Below are positions 11,213 to 20,764 of a stretch of DNA of 64,000 bases, in pieces. This DNA comes from Actinomycetes bacterium (GTDB lineage: Bacteria; Actinomycetota; Acidimicrobiia; Acidimicrobiales; Bog-793). The position numbers and the translations under genes were made by a program. How positions within the stretch are numbered: the first letter of the stretch is position 1; each line of letters begins with the position of its first letter. The stretch covers positions 2,073 through 66,072 of the forward strand of contig JAKBPI010000007.1 of the NCBI GenBank assembly GCA_021829645.1. The letters run 5' to 3'. The notes beneath the pieces were generated by a model. It did no database searches. It was not told where the DNA came from and saw only the letters and a program-made list of their open reading frames with translations.

Positions 11213-12424
11213 CTAGACGTATTCCGGCGCTCCAAAAGGTAGCAAAACGGGCGGAACGCCAACTCGTCCTTTTTCGTCCTGAAAATTCTCCAGTAAGGCA
11301 ACCATAAACCTTGCTGTCATGGCAGTTCCATTGAGAGTGTGCAGATAGTTGGTACCACTTTCATATCTGCTTCTGATCTGCAGACGTCTGGCCTGATAAG
11401 AGGTTGTATTAGAACAGGAGGTTATCTCCCTATATTTACCCTGAGAGGGTACCCAGGCTTCAATATCGTATTTTTTGGCAGCCGAAGGACCGAGATCCCC
11501 GGCAGCGGTAAGGACAACACGATAAGGTATGCCCAAACCTCGTACTATTTCTTCTTCAATTCCCAAAATATAGGAATGAATTGCATCCGATTCTTCGGGA
11601 TGGCAATAGATAAACATCTCCACTTTGTCAAATTGGTGTAAGCGGACAATACCTCTGGTATCCTTGCCTGCCGCCCCGGCTTCCCTGCGGAAACACGTAG
11701 AATAGCCGGCATATTTTAAAGGTAAACTTTCTGGATCCAGAATTTCACCTTGATGCAATCCTGCCAGAGCCACCTCAGAAGTGCCCGTCAAAAAAAGACC
11801 GTCCGGTTCCACCTTGTAGAGATTGCTTTCCTCTGTGGGCAAGAAGCCGGTTCCATACATAGCTTCCTCCCTTACCATCACGGGGGGTAGCACCAAAGTA
11901 AAACCTTTGGAAACCAGAGTATCTATGGCATAGCGATATAGAGCCAGTTCCAATAATGCTGACTTACCGCAGCGGTAAGTAAAACGCGCACCTGAGAGCT
12001 TGGCTCCGCGTTCCATATCGAAGTTGCCGAGTTCTAAATGATCTTTGGGAGTAAAAGAAAAAGTAGTCTTTTCGCCAACTTCTTTTACAACAAGGGCATC
12101 TTCGTCGCTCACGCCATCAGGCACATTATCGTCAGGAGGATTTGGAACTTTGGCAAGCAGTAAATCTCTCTCTGAAGTGAGTTTTGCCAATTCTACTTCG
12201 GCAGCTTGTAACTCCAGCTTCTTTTGCTGCAACTGTGCCAACATGGCGTCATCAGGGCGACCTTTTGGCTTTGTTTCTGATCTCAGAAGGTCGACTTTAG
12301 CTTGTAACTCACGCCAAGCGTCGTCTGCGGAAAGTAGATGTAAAAAAACTTCTTCCGCATTTTTTCTGGCGAGCTTGCGTTGAAATTCCGTTGGATTGGC
12401 CCTAGCGGCTTTCAGATCAATCAG
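11213..12424 (-). CDS. serS: Seryl-tRNA synthetase (non-canonical start codon inferred)
   Basis: Class II motifs are present (FRREAGAAGKDTRGIVRLHQFDKVEMF and GTAMTARFMVALLENFQ). The conserved N-terminus IDLKAARANPTEFQRKL... is encoded upstream of the first ATG at 12244. That stretch has no in-frame ATG, GTG or TTG. See the serS finding. Confidence 0.85.
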   Translation of the reverse strand: MIDLKAARANPTEFQRKLARKNAEEVFLHLLSADDAWRELQAKVDLLRSETKPKGRPDDAMLAQLQQKKLELQAAEVELAKLTSERDLLLAKVPNPPDDNVPDGVSDEDALVVKEVGEKTTFSFTPKDHLELGNFDMERGAKLSGARFTYRCGKSALLELALYRYAIDTLVSKGFTLVLPPVMVREEAMYGTGFLPTEESNLYKVEPDGLFLTGTSEVALAGLHQGEILDPESLPLKYAGYSTCFRREAGAAGKDTRGIVRLHQFDKVEMFIYCHPEESDAIHSYILGIEEEIVRGLGIPYRVVLTAAGDLGPSAAKKYDIEAWVPSQGKYREITSCSNTTSYQARRLQIRSRYESGTNYLHTLNGTAMTARFMVALLENFQDEKGRVGVPPVLLPFGAPEYV

Positions 12425-14088
12425 CGCTGCCTGCCTTTGCGTCTGGACCTTGCGGAAGCTTTCGGTCGATAAATTTGGTTTTGCGATGGTTTGGGAGAGG
12501 CTGATTTGGAGGATGACTCCCGTTGGCCCGACGCTTCTCCCGTCCCGGTACCTTTCGAGACACTACGACCGGATGCGTTAGCAGCCACACGTGTCGTTGG
12601 ACGACTTGGTCTCACACGACCTGGCTGATCGGCAACCAAAAGACCTTTTGCCACGGCAGAAGCAGAATACACCTGTCTGTCGAGTCCTCTGGCCTGCAGT
12701 CTTTCCCTGACGGTTCTGTACTTGGGTTCTTTTTCTTTCAATAGAGCAACTATTGGAGATGCGATGAAAATAGATGAATATGCACCGGAGAGAAGACCGA
12801 TGAGAAGAGCCCACCCAAAGTACTGCAGGGTTTGGGCACCAAGGATATCGGCACCCAAGATAAGAACAGAGAGAATAGGCAAGATGGCCACCAGAGAAGT
12901 GTTGATAGATCTGGCCAATGTCTGGTTCATGGAGAGGTTGACGATGTCGGATATACTTAGGCGTCCCGTAGAACCGATGTGGGATACATTATCTCGTACC
13001 CTGTCGAATACTACTATCGTATCATAGAGGGAATAACCCAAAATAGTCAAAATGGCGACAACCGTATCCGGTGTTACCTGCAATCCCGTCAAAGAGTAAA
13101 TTCCTATTACCACCATGACGTCGTGGATAACCGCTAGAACAGCAGCCATTGCCATTCTCCATTCAAAGAATATGGAGATATAGAGAGATACGACGATAAA
13201 AAATACTATCAGGGCTTCAATGGCTTTATCGGTAACAGAACTTCCCCAAGAAGGACCTACGCTATCGACACCAACGGCTTCCGGATTCACGCCCGCCAAC
13301 CTGGCCAACGTATCCGTAACCCTAGCCACCTGAGTCTGATTTGGGCTTTGACCATTGCCCAGTTTGGCTTCGACTTGAAGAGTTTTGGTGGCAGCATTGC
13401 TACCCAGAACTGTAATCGTAGCCCCTGCATAGCCGAGTGGAGAAAGCGCCGTTCTGGCTTCTGCCGGAGTAACAGTAGCCGTTCTCACCTGCCAAGAGGT
13501 TCCTCCGGAAAAATCTATACCCAGATTTAATCCTCTGGTAGAGAGGGAAATAATTCCGGAAAATATCACAATAAGAGAGATGGCAAACCAGATTCTTCTC
13601 CGTCTGACAAAATCTATTCTTGTCCTGCCATAATAAAGTTTGTGATAAAAACCCTCTCGCTTGGCATGTGACGACGATGCCTCTTCGGAGTCAGAAAAAA
13701 TTACGCTTTCTTGGACTAAAGAAGCTTCTGTGTCTTTGCTCTTTTTGGCTTTTGGCACAGCAGGGGACACAAAGGAGGGAACTTTCTCCGAAGTAACTTC
13801 ATTTCCTCCGACCCGTGAGTCCCCCTCATCTTCGTTTAACTCGGAGTCAGAAAAGAAATCGTCCTGTTCTGTGCCATCCGGTTCGTCATCTGCATCCAAA
13901 GAGTTTTCCTCTTCGTCGACAAAATCTTCTTCGTCTACAGAAGATGTAAATTCAATTTCTTCGTCGTATTCTGACTCCAAAGAATCGGATGCAGATGAGA
14001 CATCCGGCTCTTCGTTGCTTTCGTCATTACCGGAATCCTCGGAACGGCGCCTGGCAGCGTCTCCCGGTCTTATGATGTCGGGGCTCAT
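12421..14088 (-). CDS. secF: Protein translocase subunit SecF with an acidic N-terminal and a basic C-terminal extension
   Basis: The SecF core runs from RIWFAISLIVIFSGIISL... to ...IFIASPIV. The start overlaps the secD stop as ATGA. Confidence 0.85.
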   Translation of the reverse strand: MSPDIIRPGDAARRRSEDSGNDESNEEPDVSSASDSLESEYDEEIEFTSSVDEEDFVDEEENSLDADDEPDGTEQDDFFSDSELNEDEGDSRVGGNEVTSEKVPSFVSPAVPKAKKSKDTEASLVQESVIFSDSEEASSSHAKREGFYHKLYYGRTRIDFVRRRRIWFAISLIVIFSGIISLSTRGLNLGIDFSGGTSWQVRTATVTPAEARTALSPLGYAGATITVLGSNAATKTLQVEAKLGNGQSPNQTQVARVTDTLARLAGVNPEAVGVDSVGPSWGSSVTDKAIEALIVFFIVVSLYISIFFEWRMAMAAVLAVIHDVMVVIGIYSLTGLQVTPDTVVAILTILGYSLYDTIVVFDRVRDNVSHIGSTGRLSISDIVNLSMNQTLARSINTSLVAILPILSVLILGADILGAQTLQYFGWALLIGLLSGAYSSIFIASPIVALLKEKEPKYRTVRERLQARGLDRQVYSASAVAKGLLVADQPGRVRPSRPTTRVAANASGRSVSKGTGTGEASGQRESSSKSASPKPSQNQIYRPKASARSRRKGRQR

Positions 14089-15641
14089 GAAACAACTCCT
14101 GACTTGACAGTTTTATCATTGTTTTTATACGCTGCAAGACCTCTGGCAACACCGACCCAACGGGCTTCTGTAAAGAAACGATTCGATCCCAAAAGGATGA
14201 CCAAAGGACGGGTAAAGAAATAGGATGTCAGCACGTCAATAAGCGTCGAAAGTCCCAGCATAAAAGCGAATCCTTTGACGGCACCGACGGAGAGAATCCA
14301 AAGTATCAAAGCAGCCAAGAAAGAAACGGCGTCGGCAGATAAAATAGTGCGATACGCACTCTTGAAGCTTTTGTCGACAGAAGCCCTAATAGATTTACCG
14401 GCTCTGACTTCGTCTTTCAGTCTTTCAAAATACACCACATAAGAGTCAACTGTGATACCGATAGAAACTATCAAACCGGTTACCCCAGAGAGGTCCAAAG
14501 TCAAACCAAAGGAAGTGTTGCCCAGAATACTGACCAAACCGTAAATCAAGGCTGCCGTTGTGGCAAGACCCACCAAAACTACTATACCAAGAGCACGATA
14601 GTAAATAATGGTATAGATCATGACCAAGAGCAAACCCAAGATTCCGGCAAAAAGACCCGCCGTCAGTGACGAGCTGCCCAAAGAGGGCGAAACGGTCTGC
14701 GCCGTTTCCTGTACCAATCTCACCGGAAGAGAACCGTAGTTGAGGTCAAGGGCTAAGTTACTTGCCTCTTGAGAAGTAAAGTTACCGGTTATCTGACCCG
14801 AACCGTTGAAGTGAGATGCCTCAATAATCGGAGCGGAAATAACTTGGCCGTCCAAGTCGTCGGCAACTAAAGTCTTGTAATATTTACTGGCCAGATCGTT
14901 AAATATTGTGCCGCCACTTGAAGAAAGAGTGAACTGAACAATCCATTGACCCGTCTGATTGACTGCGGCTGTTGCCGAAGAAATTATCTGTCCGTCTGCC
15001 TCTTGCCCGTTGATATATGCAGGACCAAGTATCATGCGAGGAGCGGCAATCTGACCGTTGGAAGGCAGGATGACGTTTTGACTGGGATTGTCGTTATTAT
15101 TGGAGGTAGTAGGATAATCGGCATATATCGGATCTTCCACATCAGTGGCGGGCGGGCTATAAGTAGCGTTTCCGCTTGACCCAGTCGAATAATATGCAGA
15201 GCTATACAAATATCCACCCGCAGGCGTAGGTGGAACTTTATATGCCACCTTGGGTGCCGAATGACCTTTGGTTGCCTTAGGCGGCGTGTAAGCGGGGGCT
15301 CCCCCCAATACAGGCCTGAAAAACAGCTGAGCAGTGGTACCGATAACTTTCAGTGTTTCCTGAGGATTTTTGATACCCGGCAACTGTACAACGATTTGAT
15401 TTCCCTCGGTTGTGACATTAGGTTGTGCCACGCCAAGCCCGTTCAATCTGTTATCCATTACATTGACGGCTGTCTGCAACTCAGACTGCGGCACCGGGTG
15501 GGCCGGCACAAAGACTACAGAGAGACCTCCTGCTAGGTCAAGACCTAACTTTGGACGCCAATTGGCAGCCAAAACACCCCCCAAAGAGGCCAGACATATT
15601 ACTGTAGTTATAACTACACTGAAAATTAATTTTCGGCGCAT
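14085..15641 (-). CDS. secD: Protein translocase subunit SecD
   Basis: It has an N-terminal TM helix, a large periplasmic domain and a C-terminal six-TM SecD/F core (LGLDLAGG... and GLTLDLSGVTGLIVSIGITVDSYVVYFERLKDE). Confidence 0.9.
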   Translation of the reverse strand: MRRKLIFSVVITTVICLASLGGVLAANWRPKLGLDLAGGLSVVFVPAHPVPQSELQTAVNVMDNRLNGLGVAQPNVTTEGNQIVVQLPGIKNPQETLKVIGTTAQLFFRPVLGGAPAYTPPKATKGHSAPKVAYKVPPTPAGGYLYSSAYYSTGSSGNATYSPPATDVEDPIYADYPTTSNNNDNPSQNVILPSNGQIAAPRMILGPAYINGQEADGQIISSATAAVNQTGQWIVQFTLSSSGGTIFNDLASKYYKTLVADDLDGQVISAPIIEASHFNGSGQITGNFTSQEASNLALDLNYGSLPVRLVQETAQTVSPSLGSSSLTAGLFAGILGLLLVMIYTIIYYRALGIVVLVGLATTAALIYGLVSILGNTSFGLTLDLSGVTGLIVSIGITVDSYVVYFERLKDEVRAGKSIRASVDKSFKSAYRTILSADAVSFLAALILWILSVGAVKGFAFMLGLSTLIDVLTSYFFTRPLVILLGSNRFFTEARWVGVARGLAAYKNNDKTVKSGVVS

Positions 15642-15689
15642 ATCTTATTTTGTCTCCGCGCTCATTTCTTATCAGATCCCCCGTATAGA

Positions 15690-16238
15690 TTACGACAGTT
15701 CTTCATTTGTGTTGTCATCATCCGAAAAACTATTGTCTAGCTTAGCTTGAAATTTAGTCGTTTCTTCATTTAAATCCGATTTTGGCGAATCGTAGTTCTC
15801 CGACTCCGAGTAAGCGGACGCGCTTTGATCCCCGGAGTAATGTTCGTCGGGTGTCAGCGTACGGGCTACTGCATGTCTGAGCACACTTACCACAACCCCG
15901 GGAGCTATTTCTAAATCAACTTTATTATCATCCGTAATGTCAATTACTTTTCCGATCAGCCCGAATGAAGTGGCGACGACGTCACCTATCAAAAACTGAT
16001 TTCCCTGATTCCTGGCATAAGGACTGTTGGAACCGGCCATTGATTTGGCGCGCATTCTTCTGGAGAAAACAAAAAAACCTATCATCAATACAATAAGTAA
16101 ATAAAAAATCAGCACGGAACTGTTGGAAGTGGTGGTTTTCTTGGTTGAAGTCTTGGCCAAGAGAATTATAGCCGGACTCAACTTGGTGCTTAGTGAATTC
16201 AATCCGCCCTGTACGGCGGCAGTTAAGTGATAAATCAT
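15690..16238 (-). CDS. yajC: Preprotein translocase subunit YajC (with extended tails)
   Basis: The YajC core is LLIVLMIGFFVFSRRMRAK...GDVVATSFGLIGKVIDITDDNKVDLEIAPGVVVSVLRHAV. GAGGA lies 6 nt upstream of the ATG. Confidence 0.7.
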   Translation of the reverse strand: MIYHLTAAVQGGLNSLSTKLSPAIILLAKTSTKKTTTSNSSVLIFYLLIVLMIGFFVFSRRMRAKSMAGSNSPYARNQGNQFLIGDVVATSFGLIGKVIDITDDNKVDLEIAPGVVVSVLRHAVARTLTPDEHYSGDQSASAYSESENYDSPKSDLNEETTKFQAKLDNSFSDDDNTNEELS

Positions 16239-16411
16239 TAAAAATCCTCAGTCTATCTAAAATGGTTATGTCCGTTTGCGCGTTACTTAGCATAGCTTAT
16301 ACGCGAAATCGTGCGGTAAACCATTATAGTTTATGCCATAACCGACACCGGCACGTAGCACCCAAAAAATATGGTTCTCATCCTCCGGAACCCAAGTCTT
16401 CAGCTACCGAG

Positions 16412-17698
16412 TCAGTTGGCTTCGGTCAAGCTTTGCTGTCCACCGGTTTGTGTGTCAGAATCTTCAAGGATATAGGGCAACTGGGATTGCGGAGGCTCAA
16501 TGCCCAAGTGTCTCCATGCCGCCAAAGAAGGTACCCGACCTCTCGGCGTGCGTAAAATCAAACCTGCCCTCAGCAAATAGGGCTCGTAGACGTCTTCCAA
16601 AGTATCCGGCTCTTCTCCCAGACTTACCGCCAAGGTGGACAACCCTACGGGTCTTCCTTCAAAACGCAGACAGAGAACTTCTAAAATTTGGCGATCCAAA
16701 TGATCAAGACCCAATTTGTCGACACCAAATATTTCACAGCCCTGCATGGCTGATTCTTCCGTTATGACACCTTGTCCCCTGACCTGCACAAAATCCCTAA
16801 CGCGCCTCAGAAGACGGATAGCAAGCCTCGGCGTACCCCGTGATCTTTTAGCTATCTCCCAAGCCCCTTCTTCGTCTATTTCCACATCTAAGATCCTTGC
16901 CGTTCTAAAAACTATGGAACGCAACTCATCGATACCGTAATGGTCCAAACGGGCCACAAAACCGAAACGATCGCGCAACGGTCCGGTGACAAGACCTGTT
17001 CTGGTTGTAGCCCCCACCAGAGTAAAGGAAGGCAAAGTAAGCCTGATGGCCTGTGCGGAGGGACCCTTACCTATCACAATATCGATGGCTTGGTCCTCCA
17101 TAGCCGGATAAAGAACTTCCTCAACCGCCCTAGAAAGTCTGTGAATTTCGTCTATAAAAAGCACGTCCCCGGGGGCCAAACCGCTCAAAATAGCCGCTAG
17201 GTCTCCCCCGCGCGCCAATACCGGACCGGAGGTAACCTGTATTTTAGTACCCATCTCATTGGCCACGATAGAGGCCAATGTCGTCTTACCAAGACCGGGT
17301 GGGCCGGCAAATAAGATATGATCAACCGACTGCGACCTCTGTCTAGCAGCCTCAATTAAAATCGAAAGGTGTTCTCGAAGTGCGCTCTGTCCAACAAAAT
17401 CACCGAGGTATCTGGGTCTTATTCCGGCTTCCAAAGCCTCCTCCGGCATGTCGGCCAGAGGAGATACACTACGCTCAGTTTCTTTGCGGAAAAGATCCGG
17501 AGAAGATGTGTTGAGTGTCGAATTGGGCTTTTTACTGCCGGAAAAGTTTTTATCTCTCAGTACATCATTATTCCCATCCGCATCTTGATTTTCATCGGAT
17601 GAGAGAGAGAATTCCACATCGGCTGATAAGTTATGACTACCGTCTCCCATGAAAGAGGAGGACTCTGTATTATTGATGATTTCTCTTCTCGGACTCAT
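16412..17698 (-). CDS. ruvB: Holliday junction branch migration ATPase RuvB (about 85-aa low-complexity N-terminal extension)
   Basis: It contains [23 protein letters not shown] and an arginine-finger region. I chose the ATG at 17698 because it overlaps the ruvA stop as ATGA. The longer ORF-track start would lie inside ruvA. Confidence 0.9.
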   Translation of the reverse strand: MSPRREIINNTESSSFMGDGSHNLSADVEFSLSSDENQDADGNNDVLRDKNFSGSKKPNSTLNTSSPDLFRKETERSVSPLADMPEEALEAGIRPRYLGDFVGQSALREHLSILIEAARQRSQSVDHILFAGPPGLGKTTLASIVANEMGTKIQVTSGPVLARGGDLAAILSGLAPGDVLFIDEIHRLSRAVEEVLYPAMEDQAIDIVIGKGPSAQAIRLTLPSFTLVGATTRTGLVTGPLRDRFGFVARLDHYGIDELRSIVFRTARILDVEIDEEGAWEIAKRSRGTPRLAIRLLRRVRDFVQVRGQGVITEESAMQGCEIFGVDKLGLDHLDRQILEVLCLRFEGRPVGLSTLAVSLGEEPDTLEDVYEPYLLRAGLILRTPRGRVPSLAAWRHLGIEPPQSQLPYILEDSDTQTGGQQSLTEAN

Positions 17699-18369
17699 TT
17701 GCGTTTCGCCAAACTTTGTAAAGATACTCTCAGCATATCTTCCGTGCTGAGCAAAGACAACTCCTCCTCGTCGAAGGCAGCGAGAACGGCCAAAGCTTCT
17801 TTTATCTCGATATCGCCGTAGCCAAGGGATCTGAGAGCTTCTGCCACCAAAAAGGCTCCTCCTGAAATAGGCGTTGCGCTCGTCAAAGGGGAGACATAGC
17901 CACCCGGTATCAAAGTGCCAAAGTTGGCATCGACAGATGTCAGCCAAGAGGTCTTAGCCAGCTTTTCACCCAATTCAATCACCAGACGTTGCGCCGTCTT
18001 TTTTCCAACTCCCGGAATTTTTGTCAGAACATCTAGGTCAGAATTGACGAGGGCAGAAATCAGACTGGGGAGGTCACCTAAAGCCAGGAAGGACATCGCC
18101 AGAGAAGGCCCCACCCCATTGGCCGTCAGCAGCAGCTCAAAAAATGCTCTTTCCTCTGAAGTAATAAATCCGTAAAGCGAAAATACCGCTTCTCTGATAT
18201 GGGTGTATATCTTCAGATGTACTTCCGATTCGGGACGGGAGAGATAGTCTAAAGTCCTTTTGGAAACGGTCACCCGATAGCCCACCCCATTGACTGCCAG
18301 CGAGATTTGTGCCGTCGTATCGGCTACCGAGACGATTTCTTCCAAATGGCCGCTGAGAGAAGCAATCAT
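17695..18369 (-). CDS. ruvA: Holliday junction DNA helicase RuvA
   Basis: It begins [12 protein letters not shown]...VNGVGYRV and has HhH motifs ([12 protein letters not shown] and [12 protein letters not shown]). The start directly abuts the ruvC stop. Confidence 0.9.
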   Translation of the reverse strand: MIASLSGHLEEIVSVADTTAQISLAVNGVGYRVTVSKRTLDYLSRPESEVHLKIYTHIREAVFSLYGFITSEERAFFELLLTANGVGPSLAMSFLALGDLPSLISALVNSDLDVLTKIPGVGKKTAQRLVIELGEKLAKTSWLTSVDANFGTLIPGGYVSPLTSATPISGGAFLVAEALRSLGYGDIEIKEALAVLAAFDEEELSLLSTEDMLRVSLQSLAKRK

Positions 18370-18893
18370 CTTACATCTGCCGATGACTGACTTCTGGACA
18401 TATGGAACTTCGTCGCATGTGCGATACGTCTGGAGGCAAGATGACAATAGGCAAGGGCCAGAGCATCGGCCACATCCGGAGGGCTTGGCATACTGTCAAG
18501 CCCCAACAATGTCATCATCATTTTTTGTACCTGGACTTTCGATGCACCGCCATAGCCGGCAACTGCCAACTTGACTTCGTTGGAAGTGTACTCGGCTATT
18601 TCCAAGTTGAATTCAGAAGCGGTCAGCAAAGCCACGCCGCTGGCTTGTCCTACTGCCATGGCTGTTTTAGCATTGGTTTGAAAGAAAACTCTTTCCACTA
18701 CCACCGTATCCAATTGTTGCTCTTGCAACAGTTTACGCAGTTCAAGCCGCAATTCGGCTAACCTGTCAGGAACGGGTAAGGCTGGATCAGTAGTAATGAG
18801 TCCGGCTTTGATCACTGTCGTAACGTTATTGCTGCGCAACAGGAGTCCGTAACCACAACGGGACAGTCCGGGGTCTATGCCTAAAACAAACAT
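18366..18893 (-). CDS. ruvC: Crossover junction endodeoxyribonuclease RuvC
   Basis: It has the MFVLGIDPGLSRCGYG catalytic N-terminus and the C-terminal PPDVADALALAYCH. Confidence 0.9.
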   Translation of the reverse strand: MFVLGIDPGLSRCGYGLLLRSNNVTTVIKAGLITTDPALPVPDRLAELRLELRKLLQEQQLDTVVVERVFFQTNAKTAMAVGQASGVALLTASEFNLEIAEYTSNEVKLAVAGYGGASKVQVQKMMMTLLGLDSMPSPPDVADALALAYCHLASRRIAHATKFHMSRSQSSADVR

Positions 18894-18962
18894 ATGTTCG
18901 ATACTAGTACACCCGACAGACAAATAAAGCATACTCATCTGTCTTTATTGTAATTTCAATCT

Positions 18963-19712
18963 TTACGCTGTAATGGCAGCCAAGAGTTCATCCGGAACGA
19001 CCAAATTAGACCACACGTTCTGCACATCGTCGTTTTCCTCCAAAAGGTCGATCACATGCAGAACTTTTTTCGCCATGGCTTCATCCGTTACTTCAGCCTG
19101 GTTCGAGGACACCATGAGTAGATCAGCTGACTCATATTTAATTCCGTTTTGCTCCAAAGCATCCCTGATACGGTTAAAGTCAGAGGGGTTACAGGTGATC
19201 ACCCAAGAGTTGTCTTCCAAAACGATATCTTCTGCCCCGAGTTCAATAGAAAGAGCCATGGCGTCATCTTCGGACATCGAAGCCGGAATCATAATGACAC
19301 CTTTTCTCTCAAATTGCCAAGCCACTGCCCCGGGCTCAGCCATAGAGCCGCCGTTCCTAGAAAAAATCGTTCTCACTTCCGCACTGGTACGATTCCTGTT
19401 GTCTGTCAGACACTCTACTATTAGAGCTACCCCGCCGGGTGCATATCCTTCATAACTGATGGCCTCGTAGCGCACGCCTTCCAGTTCGCCGGTACCGCGC
19501 TTGATAGCGCGTTCTATGGTTTCCATGGGTACAGAGGCGTCTCTGGCCTTTTGGAACATAGTCCGCAAAGTTGCATTGGCGTTAATATCACCGCCGCCTT
19601 CCCTGGCAGCTACTTCAACCTGGCGTATCAATTTGGCAAACAACTTGGATCTGGCTTTGTCTTTAGCACCTTTTTGATGCTTGGTAGTCGCCCATTTTGA
19701 ATGACCGGACAA
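18963..19712 (-). CDS. YebC/PmpR-family DNA-binding regulatory protein
   Basis: The N-terminus MSGHSKWATTKHQKGAKDKARSKLFAKL is the hallmark of this family. Confidence 0.9.
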   Translation of the reverse strand: MSGHSKWATTKHQKGAKDKARSKLFAKLIRQVEVAAREGGGDINANATLRTMFQKARDASVPMETIERAIKRGTGELEGVRYEAISYEGYAPGGVALIVECLTDNRNRTSAEVRTIFSRNGGSMAEPGAVAWQFERKGVIMIPASMSEDDAMALSIELGAEDIVLEDNSWVITCNPSDFNRIRDALEQNGIKYESADLLMVSSNQAEVTDEAMAKKVLHVIDLLEENDDVQNVWSNLVVPDELLAAITA

Positions 19713-19805
19713 TGGTTTCCTCCCGTTATGAAAAGTAATTTCAGATTACTAAAATTTTATTTAAAAAGCTATTTCAAACGGATAAAAATCCGTTATGTCA
19801 AATTC

Positions 19806-20612
19806 TCACATTTCTGTCATGACTTGCATTCTACTCTCTGGACTCCATGTAGAGGTACCGGACTGTGATTTGGAAGCCGGTACAAACCAAAGAGAGCCGG
19901 TAAGCATAAGGCTCGGGGCATTGAGGCGTTTGGGCAGGGACGGCGCCGAGGAAGCTTTTTTGAGAGCGCCATAGAGGCCGGGGGGGTATTTTGTCAGCAA
20001 AATAGCTGTTTGATCGATAAAAAAAGATCTGTCAATCCCCGTAAGTCTAAGTACCAAAGACGATGTGGAAGGCCAAAGACGGGTCGGTATCGCCATAAGC
20101 TTGATAGCTAAGATAGCCGTTCTTTCTTCCTTGCGTCTTAGGGCAGCCACCTGAGAGGCCACAACGGCTTCCAACTCTATTCTGTCCAAAGAAGAGAGAA
20201 CTCCTGTAGTAAAAACCAATGCCGACTTTTTACTTGATAGAGCAAGCGCCAAGCCATTGATGCATACGTCGTCATCGGTTGTATAAACTTCCGGTATCCC
20301 AACTCCGGCAACCAAACATAAGTTTTCCAACACACCGAAGAGTCTTGGTTCTATTTTAGAATTCAACTTGATAGCTCCGATTTGCCTGAGAATGCGTCTG
20401 CCGGATCCCAAAAAGACCGAGACACCAAACAGGAGCAAAAAAACGACCAATAAACCAACAGCAGACAAAATACCCACAAAAAGACCGATAAAAGAACAGA
20501 GCAAAACAGCAACGACGACCAGGAGCGTCACGACTGCTTTAGGGGCTTTGGAAGTCGGAGGAAATTGTGTCAGATAATCAAAAACTGAGTCTGTATTGTA
20601 TTTTGTCGGCAT
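19806..20612 (-). CDS. Membrane protein with an HtpX/M48-like layout but no HExxH motif
   Basis: Two N-terminal TM helices are followed by IEPRLFGVLENLCLVAGVGIPEVYTTDDD...ALVFTTGVLSSLDRIELEAVVASQVAALRRKE. This parallels the HtpX region ending in ELEGVLAHExxH. Here the metal-binding HExxH position reads ASQVA. Confidence 0.5.
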   Translation of the reverse strand: MPTKYNTDSVFDYLTQFPPTSKAPKAVVTLLVVVAVLLCSFIGLFVGILSAVGLLVVFLLLFGVSVFLGSGRRILRQIGAIKLNSKIEPRLFGVLENLCLVAGVGIPEVYTTDDDVCINGLALALSSKKSALVFTTGVLSSLDRIELEAVVASQVAALRRKEERTAILAIKLMAIPTRLWPSTSSLVLRLTGIDRSFFIDQTAILLTKYPPGLYGALKKASSAPSLPKRLNAPSLMLTGSLWFVPASKSQSGTSTWSPESRMQVMTEM

Positions 20613-20764
20613 GTGTATCCAAATTGTCTAATATACTTTATTGAATTATAACAGCGTTACCACAGTAAAAGCGAAAAAACTCCCTTCCACCCTTTCTCAA
20701 ACTAAGCTACTTCGTATCCACAAAAGAGAGGAAATATAGGGAAATCATATAGATAGCTTATCTT

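Noticed and set aside
11035-11301. An 88-aa minus-strand ORF spanning the gltB promoter region and the serS 3' end.
   Set aside because: It overlaps the serS stop region out of frame and has no RBS or motif. It is composition-driven.
17699-17947. The long ORF-track start of ruvB (511 aa), and similar 5' extensions of ruvA (to 18447) and ruvC (to 18938).
   Set aside because: The extensions run inside the upstream genes in another frame. The conserved N-termini begin at internal ATGs that form ATGA or abutting junctions with the upstream stops.
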